A stretch of 64,000 nt of DNA from Ruditapes philippinarum (taxonomy: Eukaryota): assembly GCF_026571515.1 (NCBI RefSeq), contig NW_026853285.1, positions 372,001 to 436,000 on the forward strand. Reading direction: 5' to 3'. Below the pieces are notes generated by a model. That model saw only the letters and a program-made list of their open reading frames with translations, did not search any database and was not told the DNA's origin. The position numbers and the translations under genes were made by a program. Within the stretch, counting starts at the first letter, position 1, and every line of letters starts with the position of its first letter. Below, piece by piece: positions 50,135 through 63,275 of this stretch.

Positions 50135-51818
50135 TAATTTTATACCAGCCAGTGTATATCGCCACAATGATTCTTCTTCTTTTCATTTTCTTTCTTCCAG
50201 AAGTCAATGCTTGTTTCATTGGCGACGCCGGTGAGTGGCGTCGTCTATTATGGAATGATTTTTATTTTGGCCTATGGAAGGAGCTGTTATTATAAGCAGT
50301 TATTGTCATGTTGTGTTAATTAGTTTCATTTCGATTCGTAAAAATCAAGGAAACATATATGTTGTTATACTTGTATTTAATAACTTTATGTAAAAAGCAT
50401 ATGCATTGTGATATTATTTTCACGAAATTGCAGGCTCAGTTTAACAGCTTGTCCCTTAGATACTAAAACCCGGATTTCGAATATCGTTGTGGTCTACATT
50501 GATGCCGTATTCATTCATTCATTCCTTTATATATTTTCAAAAATTTTCTACGAAGAAGAAAGTGCACCTGCAAATGAGTATTAGGATAGGTAATGAACTG
50601 TTGTATGATTTTATCCATTTTACGTTTATTTGTTGCACAGAATGATTGTTTTTACAAAGTGTACCAGTATCCGAATGTTGAAAGCTATCCGATTTTCTGC
50701 AGTTACTGCTGTCACATGGCCATCTATTCTTTAATGAATATTTTACCATCAATTTGCATGGCTTAATAAAACTGAGTCTGCAACATTTCATAATTTTTCT
50801 GTTAAGGGTGTTCTTTTTGGCTTCAGGTTTTCTATTTTTTAAGGGGAGGTAACTCATGTTTACTAAATTATTTGTTCTTTTCTTAGGTATTACTTACTAT
50901 TTTTGTTGTATAATATTTACCAGTTGTAAGGTCATCAAAAGCATGTTAATGTGAATGTTTGGATTTTATATTTATTAATAGAAACTGGGAATTATTAATG
51001 TTATGTGCATACATATATATCTTAGTATATTGATACATGATGAGACTTATAATATTTCTGAATTTAAAGAGTTACAGTTATGTCATTATTATTAAAGGGA
51101 TGAAACTTTCATTAAAAGTTATAAATGATAATACATGTTTTGATTGAAAATGTCCTTCAACTTGGATCAAGCAATATAATTAATAAAGTCTAAAAAAATC
51201 ATATTCTAAATAGTTATTCTAATTTTTTTTCTAACATGTGCATAGTTTGAAAAGGACAGCTTCTGTCTTATCAATTTGTAATGGACGGACACCGGTCTCA
51301 ACATCCAGGTCTCCTGAGTCAACCCGACAACAGGCTTTTCATAGAGTAGATTGTTACTTGCCTGATAAATTTGTGCACTAAATTTTATATTGGATGATTT
51401 GTGCCATATGAAAACCAACATAGTACAAAAAGTAAGCTGGCGCCACATGAAAACATGAATATACAATCTACCACAAAGTGGTTCGTTTGTTGCATTTTCA
51501 TGTTTTCGCCCGGTGACCTTGATGCAAAATACAAATCAGCCTTCATAAAATTTCTTATCATAGAAAAAAAGGTTTGTTTTTTATCTGTACAAAAATATAT
51601 ATTGTACATGTATTAGCACAGTTATGTTCACTTTCAAATTGACCTGTTATAAATAATGGCATACCCAATAACTGTCTAAGCCCTTTTTAGTAAAAATAAT
51701 CATACAATAATATATAAATTGTTAATATTTTAAATAAGACTATGAGTATGTAAGGTTTTTTTCTTTTTTATTAATTAAGAATTAATTATCTGTTAATTTG
51801 AAAAAATCTAAAAGTATC

Positions 51819-52148
51819 TGTCATGGTTTAGAACTGTTCACTACTACAGGGGAGAAAATGTGTAAGCGGCCAGATAGCTTAATCGCTACAGCTGCGGTAC
51901 ATTATTCTGTGGGTCACAGGTTCGAGTTCTGGTCAAGCTAAGCGTTTTTCTCATCCTGTGACTGCATATAAGCATGAGCTCAATTCACTTTGCTCTGTAA
52001 ACATAAGAAATTCAAGGACACAAATCAATATAGTGGGGAAATATGTTGTGGTTTAAAACTGTTTCATTATTAAAGAAAAAAATGTAAAGCCGGCCGGATA
52101 GCTCAGTTGGTCTTCTGAAAGTCATAGGTTCGAGTCATGGTCAGGCAG
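51819..52148 (+). mobile_element. Probable TRIM with tRNA-like sequence inside each LTR (Helenus-like)
   Basis: LTR1 51819-51963 TGTCAT...GTGAC with A box and GGTTCGAGT B box; ~80-bp spacer ending in purine tract AGTGGGGAAATA; LTR2 from 52044 (TGTTGTGGTTTAAAACTG...GGCCGGATAGCTCAG...GGTTCGAGT), truncated. Confidence 0.6.
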
Positions 52149-53010
52149 TTTCAGTCAGGGTTTAGAAGTGGTTTTTCAACTGACACATGTTTGATTTATT
52201 TAACAGATTGTATTAAATTTGAAATGGACATTGAAATTGACAAAGTCAGTATTGCATGATACTTTGAGATCTACAAAGGGCAATTGATACATGTGATCAC
52301 ACTGTACTGCACATGAAGAAGATATTTTTTCTTCTACATGAAACTTCAAGCATCTGCCATATGTAATGACATTCTTACATAGTTTAAGTCTTATCTCAGC
52401 AGCTGGTTGATGTGGCTGGTACTCATTCTACTACTGCTCTGAGTACCTATGGTGTCCCCCTGATGTTCATTTTAGGTCCTCTTTTATGTCTAATAAATGT
52501 CACTTACATGTCTGCAACCCTTAGCAATAAGTTTTTATTATATGCACAAGCACGATTATCAGACCTGGGTAGAAAAAATATGACCAAATTGATAAAAACC
52601 TGTGTTCATCTTAAAAGTGTCAAAAACAAAAAAAGAGTAAATAATGACCCCCCCCCCCTTAAAAATATACTTTAAGTTAATAGTATATTTCTAAAGGGGT
52701 CATTATTAACATTTTTTTTTTGGTTTTTATGAACACAGTCTTTTTATCAATTTGATGACTCAGGTATCCTTGTATTTTGTAAAATAAATCTGAGGAAATT
52801 CTGTCTTATAGCACGAGTCTTATAAGATTGGTAAATTGACTATAAATTGTCTTTGCATCTTGGCAAGACAGAGTCAACCCGACAACAGGCTTTTTAGTTT
52901 AAGTTTCAAGTTAAACTGGGCCTATAGCCTCCAGGTCACATGTAATGGTACTGCTATAAAGTACACATCTTTTGTTAAGCATTTAGGTGCAAACCTGGAT
53001 CAAATTCTTT
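52149..53010 (+). mobile_element. Decayed CR1/L2-group LINE reverse transcriptase
   Basis: Fragments FQSGFRSGFSTDTCLIYLTD, YGVPLMFILGPLL, LLYA|DDSGILV, KLSLHLGKTES, VKHLGANLDQ in shifting frames. Confidence 0.88.
52547..52753. mobile_element. Palindromic MITE-like insertion splitting the RT YADD motif
   Basis: CAAATTGATAAAAA..TGTGTTCAT...ATGAACACA..TTTTTATCAATTTG foldback between TAT GCA (52541-52546) and GAT GAC (52754-52759). Confidence 0.75.
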
Positions 53011-53410
53011 TGGCGTCGCCCTTTGATGCTTTGCATCAATACTTATCTTGTATACATTTGAATTACAAACAATTTGTTATTCATGTTTTAAATTCAGAAT
53101 GCCCTCTTTTTAAAAAAAGTTAAAAAGTGCACTGCATCAGTTTATTTTATTAAGAAATAAGTAAATGGTCATAAGATTATAAGACGTACAATAAAAAGTT
53201 CATTATATAACATTTTGAATCCGGGATCATATTACTACATGATAAGAACAGTTTGTAAAAATGTCATTGTAAATGTTATGTTAGGACAGGTGTAAATTTA
53301 TATTTGGTATATTAAGTTAGAAGAAACACGCATATTACATTCTTTGTGACATAAATATCGTCATAACTAGTAGCTGTTGTACATAAGAAATGTAGACCAT
53401 TTTTCTGTAA

Positions 53411-53606
53411 GTATGGCCTCTTGTAATAAGTGTCTAGACGGTCAACAATAAAGAGGAGGATGTAGTTAGATATACAACTTTATATCATTAAGTTCCTTTG
53501 ATGTGTTTTCTTCTGATATTCATGCAGTTCAGTATTGAAATTTTCTTTCTCAATATCATATTGAAATTTTGTTGACGGTCTAGACACTTATAACAAAAGG
53601 TCGTGC
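53411..53606. repeat. Inverted-repeat (MITE-like) fragment
   Basis: ATAAGTGTCTAGACGGTCAACAA and TTGTTGACGGTCTAGACACTTAT within ~38-bp arms. Confidence 0.65.
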
Positions 53607-54615
53607 AATTTACTTGGCGATAATTATGGACCTTTTATTGTAACACACGTCTATGCCATTCCTTGAAAAGGGGATTTTTGTAAGTAAAATAACTGGCGTG
53701 CCTTAAACAAGAAAACAATGGGTGAAACTTATTCTTCAACCGATGGGATTATAAAACAGACAAACCACAATTTAGTAACACCTAATTTAGGTTACAGACA
53801 GATATATGTTTTATCTTTATAGGCTATTCATGGACATCAAATTCAAGGGATATTGACCCTGTTGGGAATGAATTTTGTCAAGTGTATATGTATTGCGTAT
53901 GTACATGCAGATGTCATCAAAAGCCATAAGAATTTTAAGACTCTCAGACCTTACGAAGATAAATCTGTGCTTAGAAGATCAATTGGTTATAAAAGTTAAT
54001 TTCAATAATATTTTTAAACAGTAGATATATCTGCAAGATAATGTTGCCGTCTTAATACGTTTATTGACAACAAAATGTGAAGAAAACGTGTCGATTTCAC
54101 AATGCTCAAAACAGACTTTATAGTTTATTTATTTTAAACATGTAATACGTCTGTATCTAGTCAGTCTGACATTTAAACAGGAATGTGCGTAAATCTTGAT
54201 AACGTTTGAAGTAGACTTGTTTTCGTACAACATTTCCTTGTGCAATAAATAATTGAGTCTGGACAAATACATTCAGTGCATATTATTGCAACCAATCATA
54301 CAAATAAGTATTACAAATAGCTTTATGATTATCTAGTTTCTTTTTTGTGTGGACTAATTTAAGGTGATTATATGACAAAGCTCACAAAAAAATGTGTCCC
54401 CTGTATCGTAAATGGGTTAACAGTAGCACATAAATAGCCCATACAGTATAGAACAACTAAGTACTCTTTATACACTAAAAATATTATTATTGTTAGAGGT
54501 TTTATATTATAGAAGTGATTTGATTGAACACTGCTTCATTGATATATTGATCTTTGCAAGTATGATGTAGAAGTATTTAAGTAATTTGCAATGTTTGCAG
54601 AGTGATATCTACATA

Positions 54616-54850
54616 TGAGCATATCATGACAAAACAAACATAGTGCGTTTGCGACCAGCATGGATCCAGACCAGCCTGCGCATCCGCGCAGTCTGATCAG
54701 GATCCATGCTGTTCGCTTACAAACCCTATTACATGTAGAGAAACTGATAGCGAACAGCATGGATCCTGATCAGATTGTGCGGATGCGCAGCTGGTCTGGA
54801 TCCATGCTGGTCGCAAACGCATAACGTTGGTTTTGTCATGACGTGGCTCA
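54616..54850. mobile_element. Palindromic MITE, independent insertion
   Basis: TA|TGAGC...GCTCA|TA; spacer is in the opposite orientation to the copies at 5575 and 17392; unrelated flanks. Confidence 0.92.
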
Positions 54851-56452
54851 TATCTATATATTATTGAGATGTATCGACAGACGACAGATACTTCCGTTCA
54901 AAAAATATTCTCTCTCGTTGCAACAGTAATGTCATGTCATTTGACATTATTACAAAAATCAGTAAAACAAATGGAGAATGTCAAAATCTCAGACACTAAT
55001 CAACGTTTCAAATGACAACATTCAAATACCAGGAAACAGCCATTATATACAGAGTAACCTAATAATCTATTGGCTTTATCGAATATATATGTTTGTCATT
55101 TTCTCTTGTAGATATAAACAAAGGTTATAAGCGTATTTCTCGTTATAGAGCAAACAAATGAGTTATATGATTAAATTATTGACTTTGGACGTGCCATCCT
55201 CCTTTAATGAGCAACAATATTTTGTCAAAACAAAACTGTTCCAGTTGATATAAAGTTATGTAAACCATAAAATGATCTTTTCATGTACAATAACTTATTT
55301 GCAATATTCAGATCGTAAGCACTTAATAAACCAGATATAAATTTAAAGCCGGTGCTAGGGGGGGGGAGTGAGAGATGTAAAACTGTTACATTATTTCAAA
55401 TGAACATTCTCTTGTCGTTTGTCATTATTTCTGAGGAATCACTCTTTTTTATATTTATTTTTCAAAGAGGTGTTTTATGTGTCATATTTAATACGATACA
55501 ACATTCTTAAAAAAAAATAAAATATATTAACTTGAACCGACAAAAAAAAATGATTTAGTTTATTCTTTTATATCTACCCTGAATTATACGCGAAAACAAA
55601 ATCTACTTTAGACACATGATCACTTATGTCAACTTATATCGACATATAACTTTCAAAAGGATACGTTCCTCATATTTGCCATCATAGAACTACGTTTGTT
55701 TGATAGATTGAACTGTGACATGATTGTAAATTATTGTCACACCAGAGATACTTGTTGGTCTATGCATATTAATATGACCGCGCATTTACCGGATGGATTT
55801 CGTGATCGCAACACATTTTCTCTCATTTGTTTGAAAATGTCTTTCTTACAGCACCAGAGTAATGAAAAACAGATTGTCATATCTTCACTTAATATCAAGT
55901 ACTAGAGCTGTATTTTTTGAAAAAGGAAATGAGGAATTTTCTTCAATGGTAATCAAAATCGCACGAAAGCGATACATCGAATGTGCCAAGATTACTGCTA
56001 TTAAAAAACATAATTATGCTAATATTCTAAAATTTAATCATTAAGTTTCAATGTCAAATTCCGCTTAAGCTGTAGGCACATGGCATGGAGGTATTTTGTA
56101 TGAACTTAAGTCGTCAATGAACAGGCTCAATCTCCAATCCGACCTGTTAAATTATGTGCTCCTATCCGACCTGTTAATTATGTGCGTATTTGACATTTTG
56201 AAGTAGATTTTTTCCGTTAAAAGCGAACCCGGACAAATAGTGGAGCACTATTCACCACAAATAATTGCAAGCAATCATAAAATAATGATTACGAATGTTT
56301 TTTTGATTAACCGTTATCTATTATCGGCAGCCACATTTTAGAAGATTATTTTAGTCAAAGCTCACAAGCTTGCCAGTATCATGAAATGGTTAGCATTAAC
56401 GCATGCATAAAGCAAATAATTTTGTTTACACTATAAATGACTTCATTCTTAA

Positions 56453-56785
56453 AGATCAAGTAACTCAATTTTTTATGGTTTTGTATCATAAATATAATGC
56501 TCAAATGAAGATTTACCAATACTGTTAGTTCAAAAAGGCATTATTTGTAAAGATATTACCGAATTTACATTTCATGTTAATAAAGAAATAAGAAATTTAT
56601 CAGGTAATTTTTTTCAATTAAAATGAATGCATATATTTAAATGATTGCATATAATGTGGACAAATTTTTGCAGTACATATTTTACATATTCTTCGATGTT
56701 TGTGTTTTAGAAGCATAATAGTTATACACATATATACAATTTCACTAAAGTGTGATAACAATTTTAATTACAACATACAGGATCT
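56453..56785. mobile_element. TTAA-target MITE, second copy
   Basis: TTAA|AGATC...CATACAGGATCT|TTAA; body colinear with 32854-33181. Confidence 0.75.
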
Positions 56786-59429
56786 TTAATATTTTAGTTA
56801 CAATAATTTTAGTTCAGACACATAAAACTGATTCTTTTCCATTGATCTTTACAAATTTGCCGTCATTTATGTTAGATGGGTGATATGTATACGTAATTAC
56901 AGCCGGCAGCTGCTTCCGTCGCTATTGTTATGAAAGTTCTCTCATGTCATTTTGTATTAATATAAACCTTTGTAAACAAATGGAGGATGGCGGAAATCTC
57001 AGACCTTATATAACGTTGCGAAGAAAGCATTTCGAATTTCAGGAAACACTCATTTTATTTTTTACTGTAAATGTATTGCATATAACTGTTAGTTCAAAAA
57101 GGCATTCAAAAGTTATAATATCAGTTCTACTTCCAATTCTTGTGGTTTGTTTACATATTTTTCTAGGTCACGATATGAGTTAACCTTCGCTATTCTAAAA
57201 ATAGATTCTGCTTTCAGACAGGCGATTAGGTATACATATAATAAACCAGCGGATTTCATGCAATACTTTTAGGAATTCTATACAATTTTAAGAAGCAAAC
57301 AAGTTGAAAATGGAATTTAGGGTGAAATTAAAAAGGACAACTAAACACTGTAGTGCTTAAGTGACATTTAAATTAAAATAAAAACGATGTGCTCTGGCCT
57401 CTACATCTTTACCTTGTAAATAAAAAAAATCTAAAAAATACACTATTAATTGCTGATGATTTTAACCCAAAATATTTTTAATGAGACATATCCGAGAGAA
57501 ATAAAAATACAAATGACTTATATTTTATTGTCTATATGCCCACTATAATATAACACGAAGCAATTCTAAATAGCATTTTCACATGTATAATGTATTATGC
57601 TTGAAGTTTATTTGCTTGGTTTTATTTTAGAAATATTTCGTTGACAGCTTTTTGTCTATTTACATATCATTTCTTGGAATAAATCGATAAGGACACTGAT
57701 TTACAAGTTTGACCAGAGTTTTTAGGCATAAATTTCATTCTGTATTTAAATGCTTGAAAGTAGAAAATCTGAATTATATCAGATTGGGACACAAAATATA
57801 TTGCTCTACAAATCTCGAACTTGTATGGAACAAATTTTCTCTGTTATATATTTTGTGTTTTGTTTTTGTTTTGTTTTTCTAAAAAAAGCATTAATGTCTC
57901 TCCGATTGCATGTCCGTCGCATTCAGTGCTGCAGCACTTTGATTATAACTTTAATAACTAATAATATGCGCACGTATTGTTTCTTTTTCATGTAAGCTTC
58001 AAATTCCATAAGCGTAAAGTTTATTAGTCGCTATTACACAAAAGGTGTATCGAGATTAATGCATAAAAATTAAGCTATTACTTACAATGCAAAAGTATAT
58101 GTGTTTTTGAAAACATATATGGAATTTATCGACATATATATACCGATGGCTGAACGCAACACTGGTCTAACTTGATTTTTACAAATTTTCAAGGAGGCTA
58201 TAAAAACTTAATTAATTCTATGAATTGGACATTTTTGTTATTAATTTTAGATTTTAGTTAAAGTTAAAGTTTTAGTTAAAAGGAGTTTCATAGATTAATA
58301 TTGTTAAATAAAAAAGATATTTGAAAAGATTTGAGTTAGATCAGTTTTCCATTTATAAATCACCAAATTTCAATGATAAAATTTCAGCAAAACGGGTCTA
58401 ACTTGACTTAATGTTGCATTTACAAAATGAGCTCAATAACCCAAAAGAATAATCAATAAGTGCTTTGTTTGAAAAAATAGGATAATATAATATAAAAAAG
58501 CTGTAACTATAACCATATTTTAGTATTATTTTAAAAGAAAACAACTTTTCTAAGGAAACCGAAATGTTAATTTATACAAAATTGACAACTTTGCATAACA
58601 TACTAGAAATCAGACAATCTTAAAAGTCTGTCGTTTTATCACATAAAAAATTCTAATTATAAAGTTTTAGTTCGGAATGAATGTTTTTTAGACAAGATAA
58701 AATTTTTTACATTAAGCATTATTCAATTTAACATTAAAATTGAAGCACAAAACTTGCAATTCTAAAAACACAGGCAATATATTATTAAAAACTGAACCTA
58801 ATTTTTGCCTATTGGATCTTCATTTATATTTTCAGGTTTATTTATGTAGTCAGAATTTAAAGAAAAATGTTAACTTTAGGAACATTTTGCATAAACTAAG
58901 GTTATCTCTCCAAGTTGCCAAAGAAAAAAAACTTTCGCCTCACTTTGTAATTAAACTTGGCATGGCACTTGTATCTTTACCTTTGTCCACCTTCCTTTCT
59001 CATCATCCGTTATACTCAATTTTTTGTCAGATTTTTAAACATAATTTTTTTCCCATATTCCTATTACAGTAATTCATAATACATTTCTCTTTTATCTATC
59101 ATCATTCTTACTTTTTTATAAATATTTCCTCATTTAATTACTATTTTCCATATTACATAAACTATCATTTTAACCATTCTCTACTTGCCAGTACTCATCA
59201 CCAGCATAATGTTATAAAAAACCCTAATTTCACCTTCAAAATGATAAACAGCATTTTTATTACCATCACGGCTCTTATATAAATAGCATTGTCTCCACTA
59301 GCCCTTATTAACCAACGTTACTATTCTGAATACGCATCTCACCACCACTACCTTCCTCACCACGTATTTAAGCAGCATTGCCACCAAATTAGACCTCATT
59401 ACATCAGTATTGTCATCAATCACACTTTT

Positions 59430-59962
59430 ATCATCAGCATTCTCATCCTCAGCATATTCCCCTCTAACTATAATTATATCACCAATATTGTCCCCACTAC
59501 CCTTATGATACCAACATTGTCCTCACCATTAACTATAATATCACCAGTAGTGTCCCCACTAACCCTTATAATACCTGTATTGCCCCAACTAACTATAATA
59601 TCACTAACATTGTCCCCACTGAAACAGTCATATTACCAGCATTGTCTCCACTAACTATGATATCACCAGCATTGTCCCCACTAGTTGTAACAGTACTAGA
59701 ATTGTCCCCACTTACAATAATATCATCAGCATTGTCCCCATTTACTATGATATCATCAGCATTGTCCCAACTAATTTAACCCTCATATCATCAGCACTGT
59801 CCCAACTAACCCCTCATATCACCAGCATTGTCCCAATTTATTATGATATCACCAGCATTGTCCCCATTTACTATAATATCATGAGCATTGTCCCAACTAA
59901 CCCTCATTTCATCAGCATTGTTCCAACTAACCCCTCATATCACCACCATTGTCCCAATTTAG
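59430..59962 (+). repeat. ~30-bp minisatellite (TATCACCAGCATTGTCCCCACTAACTATGA-like)
   Basis: Repeated ATATCA(C/T)CAGCATTGTCCC(C/A)A units, increasingly degenerate toward the left. Confidence 0.92.
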
Positions 59963-61555
59963 CATTGCTAAATATATATTGAAACGTTGTAATAATACTG
60001 TATAGACGAATTGTTAAATAATAATTTTAGGTACGTGCGATATAGTTCATACAATAGTTATTTGCTGTTGTATCTTACTTTCTTATCATATCGAGTATTC
60101 ATTTTGTGCACAGTCACACACAACGTGTAAGGAAGTATTCATGAATCAATTTCAAAGCTTTATTTGTCCTGATACATGTACATCTCATGCAAGATAAAAT
60201 GTTTGTGCAATGGAAGCTTGTCGGAAAACTCAACCATGCACGTCACTATGCATTCATTGTGAAAGGGGTGTGTTTCATGTAAAATCGTGTCTTCATCGAT
60301 CGCTATAAATACAACCGCTAAAAAACTATGGCAGTCAGTCTTGCTCATTTATCTAGTATGTTGTCTTTAACGGTGTTTATAATATTGAACAATAATTGAA
60401 CCTGGCGTTTATTAAGTGCAATAATAGTTTGTCCAATACATTATTAAAGTACTAGTATGTCCAATTGGTTTATCAATTTAAAATGGTGTAACAATACGAA
60501 AAATTGGAAAAGCATTGTTGATAAATCAAAATTATGAACGTTTATCATACCATTATCATATACTCGCACTGCTTTTGTGTATCCGTGTTGTCGTCATGTA
60601 CGTTAAAACGCTCTAAATGTTACCATTACACTAGAAGTGCGTTGTTGTTTTTCTGTATTCAATTCTTTCATTATAGTCTGTTTATATAATTGCAATCTTT
60701 TTATAATGACATCATTACGCATGATAAACAATATTAATTTAGATATTTCTAGACATCATGTGATTACAAACAGAATGTGTTGTTACGTTGCTGCCAGGTG
60801 ATTAAAGGTTGCCAAAAATGTATTATAACCATTTGTTAAATGAGTGATATGTAGATAATTGATCCGTATTAGCTGTCGGCTACGTCATATTTTCTCTAAG
60901 ATCAGCGGGTATTTAATGAACATATGTTTGGAATGTACACGATCATAATGTAGATATAGACAGGAAATGTTCATTATTATATATAAATTGGGCTTTATAC
61001 GTCAATTTGTCCATTTTATGTCAGTTAATCATGAGAAGAAGAAAAAAACAAAACAGGGAGAATATAATTATAATATATATTATAAAGAGTTATAGTTTTC
61101 TTCTAATAATTGACGTCTACACGAAAAATATATAAAGAGAAAATAAATTTGAAAAGTATAGAAAGATATTTACAAAAAAGAAGAAAAAAGACAACACTTG
61201 TTTCCTAAGTAATATTTTTCTGTACCAGACATGTTATCATACAGAAAAGAAAAAAATCATCCAAGAAGCCAAGGATTTGTACATCAGTCTTTGAACTTTG
61301 AGGCCTAGTAATGCTGGTTCGGAAATATAGCTCCGAGCTCTGATAATTCCATTTGTAGAGCAATAAAAAGTCTTCTGTTAGAGATAGTAATTTCTGAGTA
61401 TTAAAACAGATTCGTTGCATCTTTTCGCTTTCTTGAATCGTTTTGTATGAATAAAAAATACACTTTTGTGATGGTTATAAAACTATTTAACTCAGTCATG
61501 AATACAAATGCTACTGTTGATTGCAAAAGTACATACTTAATATTTTAACATAACT

Positions 61556-62987
61556 TCAGCTGAAGACACTAGAACTGTATTTTTGTAAATAAAAAGCCCT
61601 ACTACAGAATAATCGCACAAGACCTTTTCTAAATCGCTGATCCATAAAACCATACAATATTGGATTAATAAGTGTGTTAATGAAATATAGTCTCCAGAAA
61701 AAGAAAAACTGAACTGTCTGTAGTTTTGTCAAAGATTTTAACACTCCTTCGGTGTTTGCAACAGTACACACTAGTCCGAGGTATAACGACATTGTAACAA
61801 TAAAAACAGCAGATAAGACGAGCATAATAAATGTTTTCCTGCGCCTGACACTGACCCGATTTCTTAAACACCTCGTTTGCCATATATTTATATGCCTTGA
61901 TGATTGGTGTGGATAATCTGCATCCGATTCGGAATAAAATTTTCTTCTATGAAATTTAATTCTTCGTTTAGATAACAATTCAGTCTGTGTTTGTCTTTCA
62001 GCTGATGGCAGGCCGTCATTATTTTCAGGAATCGCTTCAAGCTGTCGTCCAGAATTTTTTAACGTCGCTTCATGATCAAACAGAAGTTTTCGTCTTATCG
62101 TTGATAACCCAGCTGGAAAGCTAAATCTCCTTTTAAGTGGATAAGGAGTAAACGAGTCATCATGTCCAAGTGGGAAATTGAAAACTCGCTTCGTCCTTTT
62201 CTAAAGCAGTTTGACATTCGCCATTATTTGTAAATTTACTTTCTTGCCTTAGCCCAAATAGTAGATTCTTTCCAGTGCATATATTTAATATCGCAGTTGT
62301 TAACATAATAAAGAACATTGGTGTCACGAACGCGCATAGCATGTAAACAAAAGGAACTAAATCATACGCATAAGAGTCTGCTTTTTCACATATTCTTACT
62401 CTTATTGAATTATTTCCTTTATTGTTATCATACGATTGGATTCCCCAGAATACTGCCGTAGGGGACGATATGAATAAAGCGAACATTACGCTGGCAAAAC
62501 ACAACCTAGCAGATGTTCCAACAGGAATCTGCCATAATAAAGGATAACATATTTTCCTGTATCTATCGTAAGATAACAGAAATAGAAGTAGTCCTGTCGA
62601 CCAAACAGTAAATACGTTGAAAAACGACTTGGCCTTGCACAGAGCGTTGGAAGGATAACTGTACCAGTTAGTCTGGGATACAATCTCTCCCGGGAGCGTC
62701 GTTAAGGCACTAGTCAAATCTATCAATGCCATATACAGCACAAAACATCGAAAACTACAAATCTTATACCACTTGTAGTAGACTATAAGAATAAATATAT
62801 TTCCAAGCGTTCCAAGCAAAACTTCCACGGCAATTAACAACGTTACTGGAAGCACAGTTATAGTCATATCCTTTGAGAGATCTTCAGCAATTACATATTG
62901 TGTTAACATATTTTCAGTAATATTATAACTTTTAACAGAATCGTTGTATTGTTTTAGCAAGTGTTCCACTGCAGAATTCATGTTCAA
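61556..62987 (-). pseudogene. Frameshifted duplicate of the GPCR
   Basis: 1432 bp vs 1440 bp: GCAATGAG (43934-43941) is missing between 62170 and 62171, giving a stop after TM5 (...FQFPTWT*); first ATG is TTG (62985-62987), Met3 retained. Confidence 0.88.
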
Positions 62988-63275
62988 GCTTCGGAAAGGT
63001 AATTTAATGCATACGTGTGAACAGTCGTTTTATACTGTAAAATCCATTTCTGTAAGTTTAAAACAATTGTTCACCGCATTTTTCATGAGAATCATTATGT
63101 AAATGTATGTTGACAACACAGACACGTATTTACCGCTTTAACCTATTTTTTCATACACTAGTAAATTATTGTAAAGTGTAAAACTCCAGTTAGATGTTGC
63201 TTTCTTTTGTATCATACAGTACGATATGTTTTGTATATTGTTATGCTAACTAGATTAACCTAGTATATGTATTAC

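Noticed and set aside
56137-56185. 27-bp tandem duplication
   Set aside because: Ordinary local slippage with no further structure.
59430-59962. Possible CRISPR-like repeat-spacer array
   Set aside because: Variable parts are only ~10 bp, related to each other and reused; eukaryotic context with no cas genes; it is a minisatellite.
61556-61978. Separate TM6-7 protein complementing the TM1-5 fragment (split receptor)
   Set aside because: The ORF starts at a TTG leucine codon, and the two nearby in-frame Met codons of copy 1 (MNM) are Ile in this copy; no support for independent translation.
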